DNA from: Podarcis filfolensis
Taxonomy: Eukaryota
Reading direction: 5' to 3' (one strand)
Assembly: GCA_964270895.1 (NCBI GenBank)
Contig: OZ185444.1
Length of the DNA stretch: 64,000 bases
The position numbers and the translations under genes are program-made. Shown here piece by piece: positions 1-12,426 of the stretch. How positions within the stretch are numbered: the first letter of the stretch is position 1; every line of letters starts with the position of its first letter. The notes beneath the pieces are model-generated. The model did no database searches. It saw nothing but the letters and a program-made list of their open reading frames with translations, and was not told the origin of the DNA.

Positions 1-1984
1 TCCGGAACAAAGTAAGTTCGTAACCAGAGGTACTACTGTATAAGTAAACATGCAATGATGGAGGAGAACAGGCGCCATGTTATGGGATGGTCTAGTGCTC
101 TCAAAACCCAGATCTTTTTTGCTGGACCTGAGGTCTCCAGACCCTTCCTGTTTTCCAACTCCCTCCCCCCGAAAAAGAAAATTGCTTATAGGGAATCTGA
201 GTGCACTACTAACGGCAATGTCAGTGAAACGACAGCCACTCTCCATCTTAATTGACCCAGAAGCCTTTGCTTTAGTTCTAACATGTGCATTAGCAGCAGT
301 TCTTGCTAATAGACTGAAAGGTCATGTGGAGGGCTCAATCCACTACATGCAGGGCATTTCCAGACTTGTCACTATTTGTGGGTGGGATCCAATCACACAG
401 AAGGAAATTCAGGTTGCAAAATTAGAATGGATTTGAAGCTCTTGTGCAACAAACCAACTTTCCCCAAAGAGCTGGCTTCTTGTGGTAAGGAAAATGAAGG
501 GGAAATGCACTGGGAAGTGTGGGATAACACTCGCTCTGACATAACATCACCTAACATCTGTTAAATCAAGTAAAAATAATGCTCAATAAATAGATTGCCT
601 GGAAACACCCAAAGTGTACCAGGCCCAGAAAAACCTGCAGATACTCATAGCTCAGAGTACATCCTAACAGGTGGACTCCCCTGCCACCCACTCAGAAAAT
701 CAGCTTACATTCGCATCTATACATACAAATGGATACATGCAAATTTATGTCATGATCTGTGCCCCAAATATTTTAACTACTGTATCTAGGAATATCCCTG
801 GAGAGGGAGCTATTCCCTCCCCCCTCAGTTGTCTCTTTTAATTTTTTTTCTTAATCCCATGTGATGCTAGATCTAGAGCTGGAGAGGAGGTATACACTCT
901 AAGTTGAAACGGTTTTTAATATGTAAGTATTGGTAGCCTTGCACTCTTCCTTTCTCTTCTTCTAGATATGGTGAAACTTGACCTATGAAGCACCACGTTC
1001 TTAAGGGAATGTGATTGTGAAAAGGAATCCCCCATCATCCATCAACAGATGTTGTGTCGGCAGAATAAATACATTTTTGGAGAAATTAAGAACATCTGTA
1101 ACATGCCATCTGACTTGATATGTGTTGTTTTGAACAGACGGAATTGGATATTCATTGAAGTTGTCTGTCTTCTGCTGATTAGTTGTTCTATATGTACCCA
1201 AGAAGGCAGTCAAACTTTTCTTTCCTGGGACTGATTCGAGTAATTTCAAAGGAGAAAACTGTTTTTGATCCTACTGTGTGATGGAAAGCAGACTTACTTG
1301 CATCCTTGTTTTGTTCCCATCTTATGATTCTGCTAGCATGAAGCTCATAGAATTTTGATTATATCCACATTGTTGGAGTTTCCTATATCGGTGTGCAATG
1401 GTCCCCTGACTTATACTGCTCATTTCAGAACTGAGGCAGAAGATTTAACACCGCGACGGTTTCCGCTTCAAAACAATTGTGAATGCAGATGATAACAGAT
1501 GGGAGTGTTCCTCCCGAGTGCATGTTTGTGCCAGATATCCTCGTTACAGCTTGTTCTGAATTGCCTAGATTTCAAGAGCTGCTTAATTCCAGTGAAGGTG
1601 AAGAAACAAATAGGATGCTACATGAAAGGCAGACTCTGTGCATCCTAATGAATTTGCTCTGCTTATGTAGAGAAGAAGGATAAGTGACAGCTCAGATGGG
1701 CAGGCAAAGAGGCTGCTCGGTAAGTAGAATGAAAATTTTCGAAAGGCTGCTCTTCTCCTGAGAGTAATAAAGAAAACAGAGGGGCAGCAGAATTTAATGA
1801 GAGGCTTCCCTTCTTAGATCTGATACCTGGGAGGAAGGGATGTAACACATTTGCTAACCCAGCCAGTGAAGAAGGCATGGCCTATGTGGGGCTAACACCC
1901 ATTTGCTTCAAAAGCCAGGCGATTCAGCTGCAGAATGGCATTTGCTGGGACACTGGCAAACGGGAAGGGGAACTTACATACACC

Positions 1985-2127
1985 CAGTGCTTTTTTCTGG
2001 GGGGGGGGACGCATACCCTTAAACATTTTGTGAACCTAGGTTTGGCCTCATTGAAGGGCAGTATTTCAGTATGAGTAGGAAAATGAGAGTACCCCTAAAC
2101 ATTTTTTTTTAGAAAAAAAAAGCACTG
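1985..2127 (+). mobile_element. Short hAT-type MITE
   Basis: Termini are CAGTGCTTTTTT...AAAAAAGCACTG. Flanking 8-mers CATACACC / CATAAACC (7/8) fit an 8-bp TSD. Internal sequence matches the reverse complement of the 5082-5485 element. Confidence 0.75.
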
Positions 2128-2584
2128 CATAAACCTTTGCCCTGCTGTGGTGACTACTGTACAGTTGTCTGTTTTATTGTGTATTAAATATATGGTAAGC
2201 TGCCTCAAAAAAATTTTAGTTAGTAGGCGGGGCATAAATACAGCAAAATTTTAAATTTAGGTTTTTATTGTATAGTTTTACCTTTTTATTGCTGAGAACC
2301 GCTTTGATTATATTTTAATGGCGTAGCAGTATACAATTTTTAAAGATGAATAAATAATAAACTACTGCTGAATCTTCATTGTTCAGCTCCATAGGCCACC
2401 AATACACACACACACACAAATAGATGGGGAAATCCAAATCAATTTAGCATATTTCATCAAATAACATGCCTTCAAAAAGGAGATAAATAATGTCCCCTCT
2501 CCTGAACAAAAGGGGCACTGATGCCTGCCATTAATTAGCAGATAGGTACTGCAGGCATGATAGGGGTCCCCCCCCTTTAATGCC

Positions 2585-2790
2585 TGTCAGAGACTGGCAG
2601 GATACTGAGGAGTGGGCACCGGGAGAAGGGAGGTTGGATCCTGACTTGGAAGAAAGGATCAGTGATCTGGGGGAGCCTGTGACAGCCAAGGGACAAGAGC
2701 CAGAGGCAGGAGAAGCTGCAGGACTGGAGAGTGAAGAATGGGCGCAGAAGTAGGGAAAGGTAGGTCAGGCTGGTGTAAAGGCTTCCACAC

Positions 2791-2831
<41 letters not shown>

Positions 2832-2955
2832 GTCGCCGTTCCCACCTCCACTGCTCCACTGTCTCCTAGGAGCAGGCGAGAACTGAAGAGGGAGAAGCAG
2901 TAGCAGGTTACACGCAGGCGTAGTCTTCGCCTGCTTGCGCACAGCTCAGGTGAGG
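2585..2955 (+). mobile_element. LTR-like / interspersed repeat fragment containing (CTG)12
   Basis: Abrupt GC-rich, purine-rich block starting TGTCAG in an AT-rich context. It resembles squamate LTR-type repeats from memory. The family is not determined. Confidence 0.4.
2794..2829. repeat. (CTG)12 trinucleotide repeat
   Basis: 12 perfect CTG units. It produces the polyQ/polyA/polyS ORFs in the track. Confidence 0.95.
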
Positions 2956-2959
2956 GAAA

Positions 2960-4950
2960 TACATAAGCTAAATAAAGTAAAAAAGGTACAGTATTTATAA
3001 AATGTGTCCTGATCTGTTGATTATTTTCCAAGAGCACCACTGACTTTGAGGCAAAGCTAACTAAGTGTTCCTTTTCTGCACCCTCTAGATGTTTTTCAAA
3101 TGTTTAGCGGCATATCAGCAGTTGCCAGTGCTTGGTAACCGGCACTGCTTTGCATAGCAAGACAGACAGCAATGTTAACAGCAACTCAAAGATACCCCCT
3201 ACTGGCAAAACGGAGCTTCCTTGTGGAAATATAAAATATATAAAAATATATAATATAAATATATATAAAAATATAAAAGCTCTGGATATTGCTTTTATAA
3301 TTATCTTCTTATTTTTAAGTGCATGTGCACGGATGTTTCCATTCCAGCTATTTTTCTGGGGAGTGGCTGCTGTGAGTTTGGAACTGGCATCTTTTGTTAC
3401 TACTGCTGTATAAGGATGCATGTACAAATGGTTCATTCTCATCCCTTCCTGCTAAATATTCACACTTCGATATAGCTTGGTAAGCTTTCCAGACACGGCC
3501 ATTTTCAGTTATTTTAGCACGGAGTACATAGGATCATGTTGTAAATCTGCTAAGGACAGAGCAATAGAAAACTTCTGATTATCTGTGTATGCACATACTA
3601 TTTTCCTAGCAGATTTAACTCTCCTAGTTTTGTTTTGTTTTCTGTTAACACAACAGTGTCTCACTGCAGAATATGTGCTTGAACACTAATTAGAGGCATT
3701 GTGTATCTCACTAAATGCTGCTGCGCAACTCTCATGCGTACCTTGCGATTTTCAGACTTTCTCCTTTCAGTCCTGAGTCATATCTAGCATTCTCACCATT
3801 TTCTGTAGCATTTTCAGTGCTCTGGAAAGCACAAGCACTTTGCTCAAGAACACGAAATACCAACCCAAAGCAAGTAACAGAGTGCAGCTGAAGAGCAGGC
3901 CACTTCATCAAACCAACCCAAACACTTCTCTTAGCAGCAGGCAGTAGAAGCTGGCAAAATCCTGAGGTAGTTCCATAGTAAACATTGCCTAATAATAATA
4001 ATATTTGCACCCCTACCATCTGAGTTGCCCCAGCCACTAAGTAGCCTAGGAAGGCCTGAACAATTACTTTCCTGTGACATGCAAAAAGCTCTCCTCTACT
4101 GACAAACACTCTAAAATGGATAAACTGTTCTTTTCTTTTCTTTTACACAGTCATTAACATTTTCCTGTCGTTTCACACCTCATAGTACTATTTTGATGTT
4201 ATTGTTCTTTGTTCTATTGTTTCATTGGTTTCTGCAGTCCAGATTCGAAAAGCCTAAGACTGATTTTAAGGGGGGCAAATCTCTCCCAGAAAGAGCAGGC
4301 TGGATAAGGTTTTGCTCAAGTGTGCACATTTTCATCAGTTGGACTGACTAGAGAAACTAGGGTTCAAATCCCAATGAAACTCACTGGGTAACCCTGGGCC
4401 AGTCATTGCCTCTCTGCCTAACCTACCTTGTTGTTGTTGATTATTAGATTTCTGTACCACCCTTTATCAAAAGCTCCCAGGGCAGTAGACAACATTAAAA
4501 ACATCTTTTAAGGAACATAATAATAATAATAGCATAATAATAAAGAGCATAATAATAAAATAATCATAACAGTCGTCGTCGTCCCCTTAAATAGACCATA
4601 GATTATTTAATGGCTGAAGGTCTGGGTAAAGAGGAATGCGTTTTCCTGGCGCATAAAGACATGTAATGGAGCCAGGCGATTCTCTCTGCAAAGAGCATTC
4701 CACAGATGGGGAGCCACCACACAAAAGGCCCGTTCTCATGTTGCCACCCTCCAAAATACCGGGCAGGGTTCAAGGATCCTTTCAATTGCAGCAAATTAAA
4801 TTAATGCCACCTGCCCTCCACAATGAGGGGTGGGGATGGAAAGAAAGGCAAACATGGAACTTTACCTCATGCCCTTTTGCAGGATTCCTGTACCTTTAAA
4901 AGCCTGATAATGACAAGACTCCCATCCTGACAATGTGGAGTCTCTTCAGG
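2960..4950 (-). pseudogene. BBS10: Decayed BBS10 (chaperonin-like BBSome assembly factor), exon 2 relic
   Basis: Minus-strand translations in shifting frames match recalled human BBS10 in the correct order: FLSI (4835-4846); IQP (4297-4305); WTAETNETI ~ WIMEKTKAI; NIKIVL*GVKRQENV ~ NVKLLISSVKQPDLV; ECLSVEE ~ ECLSSEE (4091-4111); FCQ...HS...LEQ...[fs]ALKML ~ FCK...HS...IEQ...ALKML; SVLPVGGIFELLL[fs]HCCLSCYAKQC ~ [24 protein letters not shown]. It sits downstream of OSBPL8 on the same strand, as in human. Confidence 0.88.
4345..4785. mobile_element. tRNA-derived SINE fragment plus L2-type LINE 3' fragment inserted in the BBS10 relic
   Basis: 4345-4440 has SINE-like GGTTCAAATCCC...CTGGGCCAGTC...CCTAACCTACCT. 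4440-4785 reads on the minus strand as an L2 3' end (GGGCCTTTTGTGTGGTGGCTCCCCATCTGTGGAATGCTCT) with an (AAT)n/(TTA)n tail. Confidence 0.7.
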
Positions 4951-5081
4951 ATTTGCACCCCAGGCCTTTGCTTTGAAAGCCTGCTGGTTGGATAGCAGCA
5001 CTGCAGCACTTGGGTTGAAAAATGGTGGGAGCACTGGTGATTTATTGCAAATATTATTACTATTTCTTAGTATTATATATG

Positions 5082-5485
5082 CAGTGCTTTTTTCTAAAAA
5101 AATAATAATGTTTAGGGGTACTTTCATTTTGACTCAAGAAAACCACCATTTTATAGTTCAAATCAGGGAAAATAAATACAGTAAATGGGCAAAAGTACAA
5201 AGAACATGCATTACTCATATTGAAATATTGCCCTCAATGAGGCCAAACTTTCATCAATAAATCATCACACATCCACATTCCACACTGCTTCACACATTAA
5301 ATGCTTGCTTCCGTCTGAGACTCAGGAAACACCATGACAGGGAATGAGGCGGTCATCGGGGGTAGCAATGGAAGTGACGATTCACTGTGCTAAAGAAACG
5401 AAAATTTCAAGAGTTTCTTCTCCTGTTAAGTCACAAAACGTTTAGAGGTATGCACCCCTCTGCGTCCCCCCAGGAAAAAGCACTG
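5082..5485 (-). mobile_element. hAT-type MITE (longer member of the 1985-2127 family)
   Basis: TIRs CAGTGCTTTTT / AAAAAGCACTG. Flanks TATATATG / TATATGTT share TATATG. Confidence 0.75.
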
Positions 5486-6629
5486 TATATGTTTCTCTGA
5501 CCATTATTGTTTTAATATTATGTAAAATGACGCTATAATCAAATGCTATGGGTTTGTTTTTGGAGGCTGTATTAAATTTTACATAATTTAAAAAATGATT
5601 AGTATTATATGTTTCTCATCATATAACAGCAAGCAAAGAGGTGTTTGCAATGTTAGTAATGATTTACTTTCTTGTATAAGAATAGCATGACTTTTTTGGC
5701 AGAGTACTCCTCAGGGATCCAATTTGTTACAAAGGTTGGTTGTTATTATTTACTGTACTGCTGTTATAAAAAACTGAATAAAAATAATTACTTTTAAAGA
5801 AAAGAAGCAGCAGCCAGGTCGGAGTACTACATTTCCAAATTGCCTATCCTTCAACCTTTTTACAACAAACCAGGCTCTTGAGCTTCCACGCTGTCGTCTT
5901 CCAGCCCAATTAATTTCTGTTCCAGGGGCCGCTGAGGAGGTGGGCAAGATGGCGCCATTATCTCCAAGCACTGCACTGAAGAACTGGAACTTCTAACGCT
6001 GGCCTTTTGTTTTCCCCTCGACCCCTCGAGGTACCTATTGCATCCACGTTGGGAGGCTTTGAAATGGTTCTGCTGAAAAATTAAAAAGCATATAATGGGC
6101 CAGAATGGTCTTATTTGCAATGGGGGGCCATTTGCTTTGGAACAGGTATGGGCCAGCTTTTGGGGGCTAGTGGGGACATTTCAAGTTTTGAGACTGTTGT
6201 GGGCTCCAGTCACAAAATGGCATGGCTCGATGCAACATGGCTGCCCAGAAGGAAGGCATGGCACAACGTAGAATGAGAGAGTACGTGGCTGAAGCTTCAC
6301 CGATAATTGTGCTTCCATATCAGAAAAGGCTTAATCTGTTGAATTTCTGCCTGGCACACAGCTCTTAAAGGCACGAGAACCCCGTTTTCACCAATTATCA
6401 ACCCTAAACTAAAGCGTGGCTTAGTGACTAATTCACGTAGGGGTGCACAAAGAGGAGAGGTCTAATGAAGAGAAATATTTCACTGTAGCTTTTCAGTTTT
6501 TATATGAATGTGCAGTAGCAGGGTTTTTTTAACTCAATATTTTAACTTTGAATTATAAATGAGTCTTCTCAAGAGTAGCAACGACTTTTAGGTGCTGGTT
6601 TCAGCCATACAAAACAACTCAAGTGTACT

Positions 6630-9600
6630 GTTCTTGATCACAGCTCTTTATTTTATTTCTTCAAGTGTACAAAACTATTGACCAATGGTAGAGCTTTAAA
6701 TTTACAAATGGCCTTTTAAACAAGTTGGAACTCAGCTGTACATTTAAGCATGCAGCACACAATTTCCACTTCTTTTAAAGGAATTACTTGCTTCTCTTAT
6801 CACACTGCATGCAGCATGATTTTTTTTAAAAAGAAAACAGTGCAATAATAATGCTACTTTACATGATATGTAGAAACAAAAAACTTTCATGAATAGGGTT
6901 TTCTTCTCTCTATATATATAAAATATGTGCATTAACATTCACATTGTCTGACATAACTTCTTACTTTTCCTTACATATATTGTATGCACTGGATTAACCA
7001 CTGGTCTGTACAGCTTTAGTAAAACAGCCCATTTTCAGTTAAAAAAGTGTAACAGTATAAAAATCCAAGCAATGTGTTAAAGTAAAAAAAAAATAAATGT
7101 GGTGGGAACTGTGTGAAGCTCAAAAACTAAAGAATGTGAACAAGAGTTCAAGAATAGCAGAATGCTTTATATTTAAAAGTGCTTTCCAGATTTGAGCCAA
7201 AGTTTAAATCCGCTAAAAGTGTTTTTTGGTTCACACAAGGAAGCTATTTGATTAGAAGTGTTCTTTTCCACAAGCTCCATCAAGAATTGGAGACCTAGTT
7301 TTCTTTCAATTCTTAGTAATTTTCCTCCTCACATCCCACACACACTTTTGTTCACAAAAGTTTATTTTCTCAGAATGTTTTGACCCATGAAAACCAAAGT
7401 GAAGCCAAAATAATCTGTCTGTGATGTTATGATTTTTATTATGGCTATTTTTGTAGTATCACAAACAAAGCATTGCAGCTTCATTGTACAAGAAGACACA
7501 CTCCAAAATCTGGAGATCTTGTTGGGTCCTAGTCATTACTAGTTATTCAAAGAAAAAAATTTGATGTGTTCTTCAATAAATGTACCATATCTTTTTCAAA
7601 TTGTTTGTCTGATAGTTAATATTGGAAATATAGCAACTTCCAAGTTTAATGAATAGATATGGCACAACCTTGACAACATTGTTATCATAAACACACCTCA
7701 TCTCTGTGTGAATTCCATCAAGGCACTATTACAATACTCAAGTTTCTGATGGCCTGCTCTCAAAAGATGCCCAAAAATTGAGGATACAGTAGAAACATAG
7801 CAGTCACAAGAGTTTAGCAGTTAAGTATTCTATTTACAACAGGATAAAAACCATGAAGAAAGTAGTTGTTAAAGCAAGTAACTACCATCGTGGTAGATGA
7901 GATGAATGTATTTAACTCTCATTCCATTTCATTAACATTGAATTGGCAAGAAGTTTTTCCCCAAAGGCACAGGAGGGCAGTGAACTGTAACATCCTTTGA
8001 TACATACAGATTAGCTGTTAGAATGAACTTTTCATGAAAAGGAAGCATGCTGTACTCCTATAAGGGATGCTTAATAGTTAAAAACTAACCTAACACGTGA
8101 GTCACAAGTTTTTGTGTATTGCCAGAACTCTATTTACTACTTTACACCCAACACATTTAGTTTCTTTTTAGGTATGTTAATGGTTACATGGCATATTAAA
8201 GGCTTATAGTGCATTTCTTTTAAACAAACAGCCATAAATATGGCAGTAACAAGCAATTCTGAATATTTTCTACTTCTGTACATAAAATATACACAACTGA
8301 GTGAGAAATCAAGTGCTCTGCTTTAAATACTAAAAATTAACAGGGACGTCATTGCCTTCAGAGTTCTACAAACTGTACAATCAGGGTTTTTAGAACTATG
8401 TGCAGAAAACAGTTGGTCTGAAGGAATTTAAGGTCGTATACACATAGCTAAATATTATATATGAACAAACTAGGCCTATAATCAACCACATTGTATAAAA
8501 AAATTAATCAGGCAATAAATTCCTTTGTTTTGCTCAGCCAAGGAATTCTGTAAAGGAGCAAAGCAGGAATTTAAATTTTAAGAGCTGTGCTTTTTATATT
8601 TGAGACAGGAGAAGACAGGACTCTTGTGACTTAACTTTGCCACAGAACGTTTTCTTAAAAGCAAATAAATAATGAAATGCCCCAAAGAATAAAGCAATTG
8701 AACACGTTTTCCAGCTCTACAAAAAAAATGCACGAACAGAACATATGTGCAAGCAGGCAGACATAGAATATATTAGCTATGCACATTAAGCAGACAGGGG
8801 CGAAAGTCCAGTGAAAGCAAGTTAACATAACAGTTTTGACCACTGGGTATTGCAGTGTATGAACAGCTAGTTGTCCCAAATGCTCACTAATACATATAGA
8901 TCATCAACCTCAGCATAAATATTTGGTGGTGCTACTGTCACTGGAGTTCTTTTACCAACTTGTATTTGTAACTATGACAGCATCCCAGACAATCTGTAAA
9001 GCATCCAGCTATGCAGACTAAACTGCCTGCTACAACCACATTAAATCTTAACTTTTGATTTGCAGCACTAGAAACCTGTTAATACACTGTTATGGAATTG
9101 TGTGTTAAATGTGCACTATTTGATGCGTATTTAAAGATGATTTTAAAAATTTGGATTTGGCAAAAAGTCCACAAGGCAGAACAAAAGGGAAAGACCTGAA
9201 AGACAGGCAAGACCAGGATGGGAAACCTGTCCAAATATTGCTGGACTCTTCACTCTTCACTTTTAGAGCCAGTAATGATGGGAGTTAAGAGTTCAACAAT
9301 ATCTGGAGGGCCACAGGTTCTCCATCTTGGGCTGGACATATGCAAATATTAAACCAGAAAGATTTGAATCCAGGATATCTTACTCTGCTTAAGTTGTTTT
9401 AGACTACATAACGAAAGTAGTAAATTGACAGCTTCTTATATAACATTTGACTGCTAAATTGATCGACAGCGTGCCACATACGCATGTCTTACTGAAAAAA
9501 TTTATATTTGCTGTAAAATAAGATCACTGAAAATTGGGACATCCTACTTTTCTGCATGTTGCCTTGCATCTTAAATTCATACTATATATGTCATGTAAAC

Positions 9601-10785
9601 AAGCAGAATAGCAGGACTAAAAATTGGTTTTGAACAGATTTGTCTTTTGGAAATTTGAAAGCATCCAGTAAGATTTGAAGACTGGGTTTTTTTCATTTAC
9701 AGTGAGCGCTAGGATCTAGGCCCCCTCAAAGCAAATGTTTATAAACAGCACTGTGTGGGAATTACCTGGCTCCTGGGATTTATTCTTGAAACGCTGAGGT
9801 TGCTACCCAAGACTGTATATTATAGCATAACTGTTCAGACACAATTACATTCAAATGGCTCAAATGGCTCCATTAAACCCAATGTTTGTTGAAAACCATG
9901 CTGATGCTTCATTACCCTAGAAAGTCTTTTCTGGTATCAAACAGAACCCTTTTTCTACCCCAACAGTAACCACGGCTTCCACTGTCTACACCTCAACATA
10001 ATGAGTTTCTGAAACTGTTCACTGTATAATACAGCACCTTGCAATTTGCCAACAGACGATGCTGTTTGGGAAGAAATGAATTGAATGTGGCTGAGCACAC
10101 AAATCTCTCTCTTTGGACTGTTGTAATGGTATTTCTCCTAAATTCACTAATGTGATCAACGGTATTCCATTTTCATAAACTAAGGAAAACTGCAGATAAG
10201 TAACAATCACAGAAATGTGCGATTAATGAAATGTTGGACTAATTGCGTAAACATCTTTTAATGGCAATGAACAACTGAGTAGTTTAATCTTTTTACCACT
10301 ATTAAGTTTCCAAATGAGTATCACTGGATATAATTTTCCTAATGAATGTATGAAGACCATAATTCCCACTAAACTCTGAAGACGTTTTAGGTTAGAATTC
10401 ACTTGTTTTGTTAATATGACCACTGGAGATTATATGATTACAGTGAAGAAAGATATGTGTTTTTGAATTCCCAGACTGCTATATTCTGTACTGGTATTTA
10501 TCAGAGCAGTCTACAACACTTTAGAATATGCAAGGCAGTTATCCAGCGTTTTAAAGATGTAAAGAGAAAGGTACTGGTATGTAAGCATTGTCCATGTCAT
10601 CTGGATAGGACGGAATATAACAAACATTGCTCCATGTGAGCACAGCCTTTTAAGGCCAAGACTTAAATCTTCTGTGTCCCTGTGTTTTAGATAATATTGC
10701 CTTATTTGACGCCAAACCAAGATGAAAATATGGTCCCACGAAGAACATGATATTTCCACTTCATATATTCATCTGTCCAGTCATT
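6630..10785 (-). other. OSBPL8: OSBPL8 3' UTR (~4.1 kb), inferred
   Basis: Follows the stop codon. Tandem AATAAA on the minus strand at 6647-6657, in AU-rich sequence. The exact poly(A) site is inferred. Confidence 0.55.
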
Positions 10786-10921
10786 CTATTTAAACCAGTA
10801 ATTGATTGCAAGCTGCAGGAGAATCATCAGTAAAATGAAGACATAGTGCTTGAAGTTAAAGAAGTTATTATCTGGAGTCTGTGAGCTTGAAGTCATTCTG
10901 GTTCTTAGAGCTGTGATGTCT
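10786..10921 (-). CDS. OSBPL8: OSBPL8 coding exon 23 (last; TM anchor)
   Basis: DITALRTRMTSSSQTPDNNFFNFKHYVFILLMILLQLAINYWFK*. Acceptor TTTTTGCAG, phase 2, 136 nt. Confidence 0.95.
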
Positions 10922-12061
10922 CTGCAAAAATGTATGAACAAAAGAGGTGAATTCAAAAGGTTACTAATTCTGAAATCAGCACCACAGAAATTATTAAAAT
11001 ATCACATACTAAATACATGGCAATTAGATCAGGATTTGTTCCAGCTATTTTAGAAATTCCTACAGTACTGGTTTTCACCAGCATCAGAGGCCACAATTAG
11101 AGCCTTGGGATGAAACCCCAAGTTCTAAAAATGGGAGACCAAAGGGGGTGGGGTTCACTTTAGAGCTGGCACAAATATGTGGGCCGAACTTCTACAAGCT
11201 CCAATAGTGAAATATTTGGAAATTTCTGCTCCAAAGTAACTTCTGCAAAAGCATATATTTGGCTATTTGGGGCATGAGTAAAGCAAAAGACAACTGTTTT
11301 AGGGATGGTAAAAACTGAACAAAAAGAAATACCACATGACTATCCTCTAAGCAATGCTCCTATACAGTTGCCATTAATTTCAAAGGGTTTTGGCGAGAAA
11401 CACACATTAGATCGACTCCTTATTTAGAAAGCTAAAACAGAATCACATTTTTGGTCTGTGAAGCTTTAATGAGTTTCAGTAGTAGATCTATCAACTAAAG
11501 TTTTAGTTAATCTACCATAATAATAATACAGAAATTTCTGGTAATCCACTTCTTCAATGTGGAAGATTAGACCTAGATATTAACTCTCATGCCATAGACA
11601 AAAATGCCTGATAACTATTCTTAAGAACATAAGAGATCTTATGATCGAATGTTGTCTTGTTTTGGCCAAGACAAACACAAGAAACAAAACAGAGGATGAA
11701 TATTGTGCAGATCTAAAGGATGCACTGAGGCACCTGAGACAAGTACTCCATGAAACAAACATGGAATTTTCCTACTACTGAACAAAACACGGGTAGAGAA
11801 ACAATAAAACTAGTGAATTCCTGGTCCACCACACAAGTACAAAGAAACTGGCCTCAGAGATTATATTGCGTTCATTTAAGAAACTGGTCATGCCTCACTA
11901 AAGAAGTCTGATTTACACCTTTGAGAACTGATGACCTACGAGCATGATTTGATATAATGTATTTATTTAGCAGTTGATTCATGTATAAATAAGTGGCGTT
12001 TTTTATTCTAAACAAAGCACTCGCGGTAAAAACAGACCGAAAAGCTTTCAAAAATACACAC

Positions 12062-12164
12062 CTTCTAATGTCTTCTTGCGTCTCTCTTATAGATTCAATG
12101 GCACTTTGCAGTTCACCAAGGTCTAGTGTCTTCTTTCGGATTCTTGCACTGTGTTTGTGTTGCC
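12062..12164 (-). CDS. OSBPL8: OSBPL8 coding exon 22
   Basis: GQHKHSARIRKKTLDLGELQSAIESIRETQEDIRR. AG/GT ends, 103 nt. Confidence 0.95.
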
Positions 12165-12426
12165 CTTCAGAAGTAATTCAAATAATGCAAGATAGGTTAA
12201 AGAATGGAAATCTTTAAAGGCGGCAAATGCTTTTAGTTCACCAAATAAAATCACACAACTTTTCTCTTTTTCTGCCTTTCATAACAGGACAAAAAAACTG
12301 TTCCCAATCCTAAAATAAATGCACCGTTTTACAACACAACCTCTTTAGTCTAAAGGAGAACGAAGTAAAGGCATGTAACTACTACTGCATTCTATCCGAA
12401 AAGAAAAAAGGATAGTGTGAACTTAC

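Noticed and set aside
2577-3040. ORFs with polyQ, polyA and polyS tracts
   Set aside because: They are translations of the (CTG)12 repeat inside a repeat element, with no protein homology or splice support.
5020-5075. Plus-strand STGDLLQILLLFL resembling BBS10 KTGDGAKTFIIFL (possible micro-inversion)
   Set aside because: Only TGD and FL match, the flanks do not extend the alignment, and AT-rich sequence gives such matches by chance.
5370-5485. Minus-strand KLLKFSFL*H resembling BBS10 exon 1 RLLEALHLEH
   Set aside because: It lies inside the hAT MITE 5082-5485, so the resemblance is coincidental.
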